DNA from: Eledone cirrhosa
Lineage: Eukaryota
Assembly (NCBI GenBank): GCA_964016885.1
Contig: CAXHJY010000264.1
Coordinates: 558,001-622,000, forward strand
Length of the DNA stretch: 64,000 nucleotides
Direction: 5' to 3'
The translations under genes were made by a program, and so were the position numbers. Under the pieces are notes generated by a model that worked only from the letters and a program-made list of their open reading frames with translations, searched no databases and had not been told where the DNA came from. The stretch's first letter is position 1, and each line of letters begins with the position of its first letter. Positions 29,540 to 39,989 of the stretch are shown here, piece after piece.

Positions 29540-29706
29540 AGCCTGGTGGCTCATCAGATTGTTGCTTACCCTAGTTTTGTGGCCTGAAGTGACTGAGAGT
29601 ACAAGCCCAGGACAGGACACCAGCTCATTGCAGGGTTAAACCCCCAGCTATTGCCGGTATGCATTTTCAGTTGAGTATACTGGAGCAAGGTGAAATGAAG
29701 TGTTTT
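29540..29706 (-). mobile_element. SINE central-domain fragment (V/Meta-SINE-like domain)
   Basis: The reverse complement reads CACTTCATTTCACCTTGCTCCAGTATACTCAACTG...AACCCTGCAATGAGCTGGTGTCCTGTCC. A related copy lies at 37140-37250 (CCCTGGATGGGACACCAGTCTATCACAGGG). Confidence 0.5.
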
Positions 29707-30063
29707 TAGGGGTACCATTATGACATACTTGGCCATTTAAATCTGATGAAGCCCATTCTTTCCAGGTCTGAACACAGCTGATTTCTTCCAGAGAAGGAGA
29801 GTTACAGAGAAGAAATGAGAAAGAGGTATACAGAGGTATAAGTCCAGTGTAGGTACTTTATTTTGTTGACTTTAGTGAGTTTCAAACTCAAAGTGCAGAG
29901 ATCCAGAATGTATACTGCAAAACATCTATCCAACATTTTATTGACTTAGAGCTCTCTTTGCTCCAAATATAAGCACTGCCAGAACTAATGTTACTGTTCA
30001 TCTTTTATTACTTCACAAAGTACCAGTGGTATACTGAGATCAATTCAGTTGACAATATTCATT

Positions 30064-30180
30064 ACACTTTTATTGGTTTCACTCAATAGATTGCTGCCAT
30101 GCTGGGGCACCACATTAAAGAGACTGAGTCTATTATATAGACTCGAGGATTTCTTTACAAATGCTGTTAGAACATTATTC
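30064..30180 (-). mobile_element. SINE 3' part with CR1-derived tail
   Basis: GCCATGCTGGGGCACC, the same string found in the LINE 3' UTR at 60325-60339. Confidence 0.55.
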
Positions 30181-30229
30181 ATATTTCCTTACTTTATAAA
30201 GTACCAGTTGTATACTAAGATACAACCAA

Positions 30230-30428
30230 TGTGTGTGTGTCTGTATTCATGTCCAATAACTTAGCGGTAAGATAAAAAGAGATCAATAAAATAGGTACCA
30301 AACTTTAAAAAAAAAAAAAAATAAAAAAAAAGACCTACTGGGATCGATATGATCAATTAAATCTCTTCAAAGCAATGCCCCAGCATGGCAGCAGTCTAAT
30401 GACTGACACCAGTAAAAAAGTAAAAGAC
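30230..30428 (+). mobile_element. SINE 3' half with CR1-derived tail
   Basis: ACTTAGCGG...TGCCCCAGCATGGCAGCAGTCTAATGACTGACACCAGTAAAAAAGTAAAAGA matches the 3' end of the LINE at 60285-60345 (minus). Confidence 0.65.
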
Positions 30429-30576
30429 AAGTATTCAGTTCCAAAATGTCATATTCTTCTTCTCACAACATACAGACTTATCCAAATTAATGAACTACAT
30501 TGTATAATTTTTGCCAATCAGAACACCAGTCTCCTGTATTTTTGTATTTATTACTTCAATAAATTAGAAAACATGT

Positions 30577-30952
30577 AACTTAGTGGTTAAAGTAATGTAA
30601 GGTGGTGAGTTTGATTTGCCAACTAGGTTGTGTTTTGAGCAGGTTGCTATGTTTCATGTTACCCAGTCCACTCAACTAGAAAAGTTGTGATGACACTGGT
30701 GTGAAGGTGTATTAGTCTTTGTCTTTCCCTTAGACTACATCATATATATATAGTGTATATAAATAGAGAATGTTGCCACTAGTGTCAAGCTGTATCAGTC
30801 TTTACCTTTCCCCTGGACAACATCTGAGGTGTGGAGAGAGGAGACTAGCATGTATAGGTGACTGCTGGTCTTCTACAAAAACATCTTGCCCAGTTTGTAC
30901 TTTGGAAAGGAATTTTTCAGGTGCACATATCCCTTCAGTGATTAGCATTGAG
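30577..30952 (+). mobile_element. old degraded tRNA-derived SINE
   Basis: CTTAGTGGTTA (A-box-like) and GAGTTTGATT (B-box-like), then TTGAGCAGG...CCAGTCCACTCAACT as in the younger SINE at 54812, but with a different 3' part (CCTTTCCCCTGGA...GACTGCTGGTCTTC). Confidence 0.5.
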
Positions 30953-31067
30953 TCTTAATAAAAAGAATCATCTATAAACCAAACTGTTACAGTCACTCAG
31001 AAATGAATCAAAATATGAAAGAAAGATAGATTCTTATCAAAGAAATATATATATATATAGAAAAATA

Positions 31068-31206
31068 ACTGTGCTGGTATGGACAGGTGATGTATCTGAG
31101 AATTCCAAGTGGAAGGTAGCTGCAGTAGAAGATTAAGGCAGATGTGAGCAATAGTTGTGAAAACTTATCTAAAGTTACTGATGATCACAGATGAAATGTT
31201 GAAGGA
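31068..31206 (+). mobile_element. RTE LINE ORF C-terminal remnant
   Basis: CTGTGCTGGTATGGACAGGTGATG translates LCWYGQVM, followed by FQVEGSCSRR and LKLLMITDEM-like residues typical of the RTE C-terminus. Confidence 0.55.
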
Positions 31207-31293
31207 TCAAAGTGGGGGGAGAATGTATGGAAAAGAACCATCCAATTTATGCAAGCATTGAGAAACAGACACATCATGATGATGATATCTTAC

Positions 31294-31595
31294 CTGCAAA
31301 CAGCCTTTGCATTTTTCAAATACAATATTAATATTTTTAAGAACAAATTCTTGCAAATCCTCTTCTGTTTTCAGTGATAGTTTCCCCAGAAGACCATCAA
31401 TAGCTTCTGGAAATTCTATCAATTCGGCTGGTGTTCTTGGGCTATTATCTGGAGATGCTGGTTCCAGGCCAGAATGTTGTTTTAACTCAGGAACAAGGAG
31501 TGGAACAGGACATGGTGTATTGGTGTTTGATGCTGGAGGTAGCAGCTGGACAGAACTTAACGGCGGTGGGCCACAGTCTGGATTTAATAGTGCTC
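31294..31595 (-). CDS. SRA1: SRA1/SRAP homologue, internal exon (Pro-rich linker and start of the C-terminal helical domain)
   Basis: Acceptor TTTATTGTTTCACAG| and donor CAG|GTAAGA. The exon is 302 bp, phase 1 in and phase 0 out, and joins in frame to the 35541-35708 exon: GALLNPDCGPPPLSSVQLLPP...EEDLQEFVLKNINIVFEKCKGCLQ, comparable to human SRAP ...EDVLRPLEQALEDCRGHTRK. Confidence 0.8.
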
Positions 31596-31944
31596 CTGTG
31601 AAACAATAAATATGTTATATGACACACAAGCAGACACATACATCAAATGCATACATATTTTGGACAATATTCAGTAAGTAAAGCTAAGTGTTCATATTTA
31701 TATCTCCAAATTTGTGTTAAATTTGTATGTATAATGGCTTACACAATCCTGAAAACTTTGTAAAGAGATTTGTATATATATATATATGTGATTGATAAAC
31801 TGTGTTGAAAAATTTGTGTTAAATTTGTACGTATAAGCCATTATGGTTCTCACTTCACAACCACCCACCCCACCTTCACCACATTTGGTATACATGCCTG
31901 ATGCTGTATGCTAACCACTCCCTCATGAATATATCATAGAACAG

Positions 31945-32653
31945 ACAAGGGGCAGACGGAAGCTCCGTAAGCCATAGTGTAGGCAACCCATCTAGGAGAG
32001 CTACCACTCCGAATAAATTGGTACAGGGTAGAGAAGTCCCCTAAGTCCAGTAAGACAACTTCCCTAGTGCTGGTGGCACGAATAAAAGCACCCAATCCAT
32101 GCTGTAAAGTGGTGCTCGTGTTAGGAAGGGCATCCAACCAGTATATATACTACTGCCAAAAACTATGAGTACAACAAATGAGAATTGCAACAACTGCGTC
32201 AACAGTAATAACACTAACCATGTTCGGGCTGGGCACGGTAGTGGGGTGGCTGGTGCGGCTGTGTGCAAGAACCCCCCGACCGTCATCAAGCAAACAGACA
32301 ACAACAACTGCGTCAACAGCAATAACACTAACCATGTTAGCGCTGCGCACAGTAGTGGGGTGGCTGGTGAGGCCATGTGCGAGAACCTCCCGACCATCTT
32401 CAAGCAATCGCACTATAGGAAAAAGAACGAGACGTCGCATCTCAGAGTTGCCACTCTAACAGGTAGATCTGGTGAGATAGTGGAGATGCTGGAGAGAAGG
32501 CATGTGGATGTGTGCTGCGTACAAGACTAATTGCACATAGTCCTATATGAGCGAGACACGGTCACCCGACCTACCTTGCCTCAAGTGGGACAACTCCCGT
32601 CTAACCCATGCTAGCGTGGAAAATGGACGTTAAACGAAGATGATGATGATGAT
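31945..32653 (+). mobile_element. internally deleted non-autonomous RTE element
   Basis: RTE 5' motifs (GGCAACCCATCTAGGAG, GTTAGGAAGGGCATCC), then an ORF at 32165-32530 ending in the endonuclease start LRVATL..GRSGEIVEMLERRHVDVCCVQ, joined directly to the RTE 3' tail CCATGCTAGCGTGGAAAATGGACGTTAAAC and (GAT)n. Confidence 0.75.
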
Positions 32654-32940
32654 GGAACCCCCTTTTGGAAAAAGCCAATGATTTTGTACAAGTATAATTT
32701 TCGAAGCAGCACTGAAGTATTGACATGACTGCTATTTAATATCCAAGCAACGCCGGGTACCTCTGCTAGTATATATATATATATATATATACACATCATT
32801 ATCATGATATATATCATCATCATCATCGTTTAACGTCCATCTTCCACACTAGCATGGGTTAGACGTATATATATACATTTAAATGTGGTGCTTTACCACA
32901 TGGTAGAATTGGTCATTCTACAATGTTAACCATGACATAA

Positions 32941-33410
32941 TCATTATCATCACTGTTTTACGTCCATTCTTCCATGTTAGCATGGGTTAGATGGATTATC
33001 CTGTTGTGGGCAATGCCAGGTCAGGTGATCTTGTCTTGCTCATATGGGAACTGATATTGGCTTGATTTCTAACACCAACCTCATTTACAGTGAGTGCTGG
33101 GTGTTTTTTTACTGTGGCACCTACACGTCCACTTTACTGTGTGGGTTGGGTGCTTTTTTGCCGTGACACCTCCATGACCACTTTACAGTGAGTGCTGGGT
33201 GCTTTTTTGCCGTGGCACCTCCACGACCTCTTTGCAGTGGAATGATAGGAACCCCAGTCCCTATCATCTCATTTCTACAGCTGAGTAAACTGGAGCAATG
33301 TGAAATAAAGTGTCTTGCTCAAGGAAACAACACATTACCCGGTCTGAGAATTCAACACACAACCTTTCGATTGCAAGGCCAATGCTCTAACCACTAAGCC
33401 ATGTGCCTCC
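32941..33410 (-). mobile_element. tRNA-derived SINE with RTE-type tail (family B)
   Basis: Reverse-complement copy of 54812-55112 (GGCTTAGTGGTTAGAGCATTGGCCTTGCAATCGAAAGG head), with an internal ~50-bp motif triplicated at 33075-33240. Confidence 0.85.
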
Positions 33411-33429
33411 ATATAGTTATGATATAAGA

Positions 33430-33920
33430 GTGAGTCTTATATATTAATGGGAGACTTCAATGCACATGTTGGCACTGACCATCTGACATGGAAAGGATGA
33501 TTGGAAGAAACAGTGATCTTGATCTAACAATGGAGAGGCCTTATTGAATTTCTGTTCTAGTAATGGGCTCCCTATTATGTAGACCTTCTTCCAACACAGA
33601 GACATCCATAAATAGATACGGCATAAGTGGAATCAGGAACAGAGATCAATAATTGGAATTTACAGACAACATGGTACTACTAAACCTGTCAGAAGGTGAT
33701 CTCTGACTTGCACTTGATAGGTTTGATGCCGAGTGCTGCATGGATGGAATGAAAATCAGTGCTGCAAAGATGTGAGACATGTGTCCTCTCAAGGAAGCCT
33801 GTGCACTTCATTCTACATGTGAATGGAGTTCTACTGAAGCAGGTAGAGAAATTCAAGATCTCGGGGCCGAGGTAATAAAAGCTGACCTTGCACAATTGCA
33901 CTTCTAAAAGACAATGGCAC
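33430..33920 (+). mobile_element. decayed LINE (RTE-like) AP-endonuclease fragment
   Basis: ILMGDFNAHVGTD, LLNFCSSNGL and TFFQHRDIHK motifs, interrupted by stops and frameshifts. Confidence 0.7.
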
Positions 33921-34075
33921 AGGATCAATATGCTGTAATACAGAAGATGCATCTTCCCATGTGCATGAACTGAAGCATACATCTAGTATGTACCTCTTAA
34001 CCACTATTCCTGCCCAGTTCCATACACCTCTGATACCCCACCAACCTTCTCCCATGCCTCCACATCCCTGGCCGA

Positions 34076-34472
34076 GTCCCCAGTCCACACTGTAAAGTGG
34101 TCATGTAGGTGTCATGACAAAAAGCTCCCAGTCCTCACTGTAAAATGGTCATGTAGGTATCTCAACAAAAGTGTGGTCATGTAGGTGTCAAAACAAAAAG
34201 TACCCAGTCCACACTGTAAAGTGGTCATGTAGATATCACAACAAAAAGTACCCAGTACACACTGTAAAGTGGTCATGTAGGTGTCACAACAAAAAGCACT
34301 CAGCCTACACTATAAATGTGGTTGGTGTTAGGAAGAGCATCCAGCTGTAGAAATCTAGCCAGAAACAGTTCTGTAAGAGCAAGACACGGTCATCTGACGC
34401 AACTTGCCTCAAATGGGACAACCCATCTAATCCATGGTAGCATTGAATGTGTACATTAAACGATGATGATGT
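34076..34472 (+). repeat. ~48-bp minisatellite (about 5 units) inside an RTE-tail SINE fragment
   Basis: CCCAGTCCACACTGTAAAGTGGTCATGTAGGTGTCACAACAAAAAGTA repeated, then GGTGTTAGGAAGAGCATCCAGC and a (GAT)n tail. Confidence 0.8.
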
Positions 34473-34869
34473 TATATATATGTGTGTATGTATGTAATAT
34501 CCTGGCCGTGTATATCTATATATTTTTACATATCTATGGAAATATATATGTAAAGAAGATACTCATAATTGAAGCCTAGTGTTTGTAGTCTCTGGCCATC
34601 TTGCTTTGTTTTTGTCTTGAAACATTTAGAGAGTTTCACAATGAGTTGTCAAATCTGATATGTTGGCACTTTTAACACCAATATTTTTTCTTTTTTTACT
34701 CTCACCTTATCTTGAGAACAGAGACTTCTTCTGGGCATATACGGACAGCAGACCTTTTGTTGCAGTGGGCAGAGGATACAGTATATCTGTAACAATGAAG
34801 TACAGACACTTTTGAAGGTGTATTATAGAGGGGAGTAGTTGTAATTCTTCAGCCAGCAATGTAACTGTA

Positions 34870-35480
34870 CCCTCTATTGAAGTGGTTGTTACCTGAGGGG
34901 CCTTGGTCTTGTCATGTTGGTGTATGTCTTCATCATCTTGAGAGCCCCTAATGGGGAGTCACTCCTTCTTTAAAGGGAAGGTGAAAGGGGTGCCAAAGGT
35001 GGTCATATTTGATAGAGTTGATACCCATCATACATATCACCATCATAATCATTTTACATTTGTTTTCCCATCTGTTGAATGTGTCTTTTCCAGCACAGCC
35101 TCCCTCCATTTGCAGCATTTCTTTGTCATCTCCTTTGTGGGGTTCAATGTTTTTAAGCAAGCTTGCTTCAGTCTTCATATATCCTTTGAATTTACTGCAC
35201 AAGTCTTACTATCATGCAACATCACACTTCTCATGCAGGCATCATACAATCTACCATTTGTTGTCAACAGAGGTAGTATTTTCTTAAACTTTTTCCAGCT
35301 TCTTCTTATTTTAGCTACTATACTTTCAGAGCAACCCCCTGCCACTGCTAATTAGATTATCTAGGTAACAGAAGCTATCAACTTCTGTGATACCTTCCTG
35401 AGATTGGAAAATGTTCATCTTTTTCTTGCACATTTGCACAATAAAATTTGAAGGGTATTTCACAGGTCCACTAGAAATCG
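34870..35480 (-). mobile_element. decayed RTE reverse-transcriptase C-terminal fragment
   Basis: The minus strand gives EVDSFCYLDNLISSG, KIRRSWKKFKKILPLLTT and GRLYDACMRSVMLH, which are RTE thumb-region motifs. Confidence 0.75.
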
Positions 35481-35540
35481 AAACTTGACTTGCTAGTAAG
35501 TCCTTCATAAAAGAAATATGAGTCTTGATATAATACTTAC

Positions 35541-35708
35541 CAGTTTGATCTTCGTTTGTAACATTAGGGCTTGCAACATTAGCTGCCTCATTAGACATAG
35601 GATAAGCCACTCTTTTATTCAGCAGTGTTCTTCTTGGTTGAGTTTGTTTAACACTGACACTCGAATAGTCAAACATTGGTGGGTCATTCCACCCTTTGTC
35701 TGTATTTC
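35541..35708 (-). CDS. SRA1: SRA1/SRAP homologue, exon with the conserved N-terminal motif
   Basis: Acceptor TTGTTTTCCAG| and donor ACTG|GTAAGT; 168 bp, phase 1/1. It encodes (G)NTDKGWNDPPMFDYSSVSVKQTQPRRTLLNKRVAYP, matching the SRAP motif PGNKERGWNDPPQFSY...PRRSLLTKRVA. Confidence 0.88.
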
Positions 35709-35844
35709 CTGGAAAACAATTGAACAAATGTGAAATGGATGGGTTGTCACACTACAAGACTAGACTGGTTGGAGAACTACATAGTGCTTTTATATTCCAT
35801 ATTTGTCAGGGTTTCTATAACTGGATGCCCCTCCTAACACCAAC

Positions 35845-36030
35845 CACTTTACAAAGTGTATTGAGTGTATTTTATTGAGACACCAGTACTAACACTTTAG
35901 AGAATGTAATGAATGTATTTTATTGTGGCACCAGTACTAACACTTTACAGAGTGTACTGGGTGTATTTTACTATGGTACTAGTACTGCTACTTTACAGAG
36001 TGCACTGGGTGTATTTTATCATTGCACCAG
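35845..36030 (-). repeat. ~45-48-bp minisatellite (about 4 units) derived from the RTE/SINE motif
   Basis: CACTTTACAGAGTGTACTGGGTGTATTTTA..GG.ACCAGTACTAA repeated, preceded by CTGGATGCCCCTCCTAACACCAAC. Confidence 0.75.
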
Positions 36031-36302
36031 CATATAAATTCTGTAGTGTGTTTGCACTTTACTGTAGAAACCTTCAGTCTGCTCTCACTAAGTTTACTGA
36101 GTTAAATACAGTTTATGACTGCAACTAATGATAGGGAAGTGTTATCATCATCATCTATAAAAGGCAGATTGTTGTTGTTGTGTGTGTGCATGTTCCATGT
36201 TTATACATTTGCACAATTTCAAACCGATCCAACTCAAAGTCTGTAAGAATGTTGTAAATGGTCTAACTTAGGTTAACGACTATTTATTTCATTCACACTC
36301 AC

Positions 36303-36339
36303 CCACAATTACGGAAATAATCGATAAAACTAAATACAT
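36303..36339 (-). CDS. candidate first coding exon for SRA1 (MYLVLSIISVIVG)
   Basis: ATG at 36339, 37 nt, then a GTGAGT donor. Phase 1 fits the 35708 acceptor. It does not resemble the usual M...KPG start, so the call is tentative. Confidence 0.25.
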
Positions 36340-36637
36340 GACGCTTTACCCCCCTAATAGAATCTGATTACCTCTCTCTACTCCCCTTAAACTTTAAGAG
36401 ACAGAGAGAGAGTGAGAGAGAGAGAGAACGTTTGTTTTTGAGTGTGGAACAGTCAAATATTTATTTACTTCAATGACAAAAAGAACTTATTACATTTCAT
36501 ACGAAACAACAATTATCCAAAAGCAACAGATAAATTTATTCAACAACAAAAAAAATAGCGATAAATCTTTTTTAAAACATCTATCAACGAACGTGGAAGA
36601 AAGAAGTATCAGTTCATTTACTATACACAATAATATA

Positions 36638-36815
36638 CTCTATGAGATCACTAAACCTGCTAGAAACAGCAGCTAACTCTCCCCCATATCACACCACTCC
36701 CTACTGTCTTAAATTTAGAAAACATATCCTCTATGAGGTCACTAAACCTGCTAGAAACAGCAGCTAACTCTCCCCCATATCACACCACTCCCTACTGTCT
36801 TAAATTTAGAAAACA
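36638..36815 (+). repeat. 91-bp tandem duplication of a SINE-like fragment
   Basis: CTCTATGAG(A/G)TCACTAAACCTGCTAGAAACAGCAGCTAACTCTCCC... at 36638 and 36729. A related inverted copy lies at ~38915-38950 (GATTTAGCTGCTATTTCTAGCA). Confidence 0.85.
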
Positions 36816-37512
36816 CACATTAAACAACCATGCAGAACAACTCCATCGCAGCTCTGTTGTTTGGCTGGCATCGTCTACGCGCGTGTTGCGCAAGTACTGT
36901 GAAACAATAAATTTCAACACTTATTTGCACAGAGATAATATCCATAGGCGAAACTACAATTGTCACTGCTGGCGCAGCTCCTGCTTCGGCAGTCCAGGTC
37001 TGCAATTCATTCACCCAGTGCCTGCCAGACAAAATAGTGCTGCCATAAAATGTGTGGTGCAACCTAACTTTGGTAACTTACTGACTCCGAGCAACGCCAG
37101 GCTTTAATGCTAGTAATGTATAATTTACAAATGTTTCCAGAGCTTAACCCAATTTTATTGGCATTAAATGGCTGAAAGTAAAAGATTCTTCCCTGGATGG
37201 GACACCAGTCTATCACAGGGTCAACCCCCAGCTGCTGCTAGTACCAATACTTTTTTAAGCAGTGTTTTACAGATAAACACCCTTCATAATACAAACATCT
37301 TTGTCACCTCTTCCAAAATGGAGGGATACAGTGTACATATTCTAGAAGCTGGGATACATACAGTACTGAAAACAACAATAGTATTGATTTATCACAAGGC
37401 AATTTTTTTATAATGGAGCCAGTGGCTGATTTGGTGGTGGTGGTTTTGTCACTATAAATTATATGCGAGGGCTCTGATGAAATTTTCACCTTGAGGCCTC
37501 CAACATTGAACA

Positions 37513-37750
37513 CCCCAGTCCTCAGTCCACACAGGAAAGTGGTTGTGTTGGTGTCACAACAAAAAGTAGCCAGTCCCCACTGTAAAGCGGTTGGCATTAG
37601 GAAGAGCATCCAGCCATAGAAACCAAGCCAAAAGCAGTTCTGTATAAGTAAGACATGGTCACCTGATCTGGCTTGTCTCACAATGGGACAACTCATCTAA
37701 CCCATGCTAACATGAAAAAATGGACATTAAAAGGTGATGATGATGATGAT
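37513..37750 (+). mobile_element. RTE-tail SINE fragment
   Basis: GGTTGGCATTAGGAAGAGCATCCAGCC...CATGGTCACCTG...TCTAACCCATGCTAACATGAAAAAATGGACATTAA followed by (GAT)n. Confidence 0.7.
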
Positions 37751-38018
37751 TAATTCAATACACTTTCCTTCATCATCATCATTGTCATCATTTTACGGCC
37801 AGTTTCCATTCTGGCATGAGTTTGATGGGTTGTTATGGTCCTCATCCCAACAAGAAAATAGAGAGAAATCAAATGAAGTTAGGGTGTTAGTCTACAACTA
37901 CATCTCAACATTTGTCTCCTAAGCAAATCCACTTGTTTCACCTTTACATAACCACATTTTGATCTTTCTTTTTTTCAATCATTAAAAAGCATTCAACTAA
38001 ATTGATTTGTTTCCTGTT

Positions 38019-38212
38019 AAACACACCCAGTACACTCTGTAAAGTCGTGATTTACATGATAAACACACCCAGTACACTCTGTAAAGTCGTGATTTACATG
38101 ATAAACACACCCAGTACACTCTGTAAAGTCGGGATTTACATGATAAACACATCCAGTACACTCTGTAAAGTCGTGGTTTACATGATAAACACACCCAGTA
38201 CACTCTGTAAAG
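38019..38212 (+). repeat. 42-bp minisatellite, about 4.6 near-perfect units
   Basis: AAACACACCCAGTACACTCTGTAAAGTCGTGATTTACATGAT at 38019, 38061, 38103, 38145 and 38187. Confidence 0.95.
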
Positions 38213-38539
38213 CCATAGAAAACTTGCCAAACAAAAAGTTGGGAAGACTGTTCAGCAGTGTCAAAGAAATTATAACTTTCCTACTGTTGGTTCCATGATA
38301 AAAAGCATTTGGCAGAGTGTAAGAACCTTTTTTTGTAAGTGAGATATAAGCATTGTCCAAACAATCGATACAATGTTAGAATATAAGTCTGTCTGAAGCG
38401 TTAGTATCTCCTCCACGTCAGTAGTGAAGTGCATCAATCTATCCAACTCTTGATAGCAAGGAAAACAGACAATCATCGATGTTGATGTTGCAAGAAGAGG
38501 AATCAGTAAAGGATTTCATCTCAAGCATTTGATATTCTT

Positions 38540-38810
38540 TCATTATTTTACAGATTTCAATCATTAGATTGCCCCATGTTGGGATACCACCATGAAGGGA
38601 TTTAGTCCATCATATCGACACCAGTATTTTATCAAATATGGTTCTTTATACAACAGGCTTCCACAGTTTCTATCTACCAAATTTTACAAATATATCGGTT
38701 AATCTAAAACTATATTAAAAGATATTTGCCCCAATATGCTACACTGTGGGATTGAACCCACAACTATGTACTCGTGAAGTAAACACTTTAACCACATAGC
38801 TATGCATGCG
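38540..38810 (-). mobile_element. degraded tRNA-derived SINE with CR1-like tail (family C)
   Basis: Minus-strand head GCATAGCTATGTGGTTAAAG...GGGTTCAATCCCAC (A/B boxes) and tail GGTATCCCAACATGGGGCAATCTAATGATTGAAA. Confidence 0.65.
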
Positions 38811-39065
38811 ACTCTCTTAAACATTTTAAAAGAAATTGTTTAACCCTAGGTGAAGCATTCCAGTAATAACCATCACTTTCTTTTTTCCAGACATGTAGTA
38901 CCCATTATGTGTAATCTGAGGAAGATTTAGCTGCTATTTCTAGCAAGTTGAACAATTGTAGGTAGGTACAAAGCAAACAAGATAGTCAACAAAGTGGGTA
39001 GTTGGGTGTCAAATGAAAAGAAAAACAGTTAAATGTTGTACTTAACAGTCCATAATTCACTGTAT

Positions 39066-39649
39066 TATTGGCAGAATCGTTAGAGCATCAGATAAAATGT
39101 TTTTACATTCTGAGTTCCAATCCCACTGAGGTCAACTTTGCTGTTCGTCCCTATGGGGTCAATAAAGTACCAGCTATGTACTGGTGTCAATGTAATCAAA
39201 ATTGCTGACCACAGGAATGATTAAGGATGATGGATGGCAGAATTGTTAGAGCATCAGATAAAATGCCTTGCAGTATTTATTCTGGCTCTTTACATTTTGA
39301 GTTCAAATCCCATCAAAGTGAACTTTGCTTCTGGAGTCGATAAAATGAGTACCAGTTGTGTACTGGGGTCTGTATAACAAACTTTATTTTACCTCCAAAA
39401 TTGCTGGCCTTGTGCTTAAATTAGAAACCATTATTAATAAGAAACAGCGGTGGATTGGCAGTATCGGTAGAGGGTTGGGCACCATGTTTTACAGCATAGA
39501 GTTACGGCCCTTTATGGTCTGAGTTCAAATCCCGCCGAGGTTAAATTTGCCTTTCATCCTTACGGGGTCGATAAAATAAAGTACCAGTAATACTCTGGTT
39601 AATTGCTGGCCTTGTGCCAAAAGTAGAAACAATTATTAATAAGAAACAG
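39066..39649 (+). mobile_element. three tandem tRNA-derived SINEs (family A)
   Basis: Heads TGGCAGAATCGTTAG/TGGCAGTATCGGTAG at ~39068, 39235 and 39456, each with a TGAGTTC(A/C)AATCCC B-box, AAGTACCAG/GAGTACCAG and AATTGCTG(G/A)CC; copies 2 and 3 end in AGAAAC-ATTATT. Confidence 0.85.
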
Positions 39650-39989
39650 GAGCCATGTAACAAATAGTAAATACAAGAAGTTCACAAACTGAAATAAATA
39701 CTAATTCTGCCATAAGTCGATAGGATACTGGAAAAATTTGACAATGTTAAAATCCAAACAGAACCATTACAATGATAAAAGTATTAGGTAAAATAGTCTT
39801 AGGTACAGAAAGTACGTGGCCATTTATTTTCCAAACCTAAGAGTATTTTATCTAATTTTCTAATACTATTATAATTGTAGCAATTCTCTGTTTGGATTTA
39901 AAAAAATTTCAAATTTCAAATTATGTAAATGCCTCGATAGTTCATAAGATTTTATACTTCCAGCTCTATTGGAAATAGTGTAAAAATTG

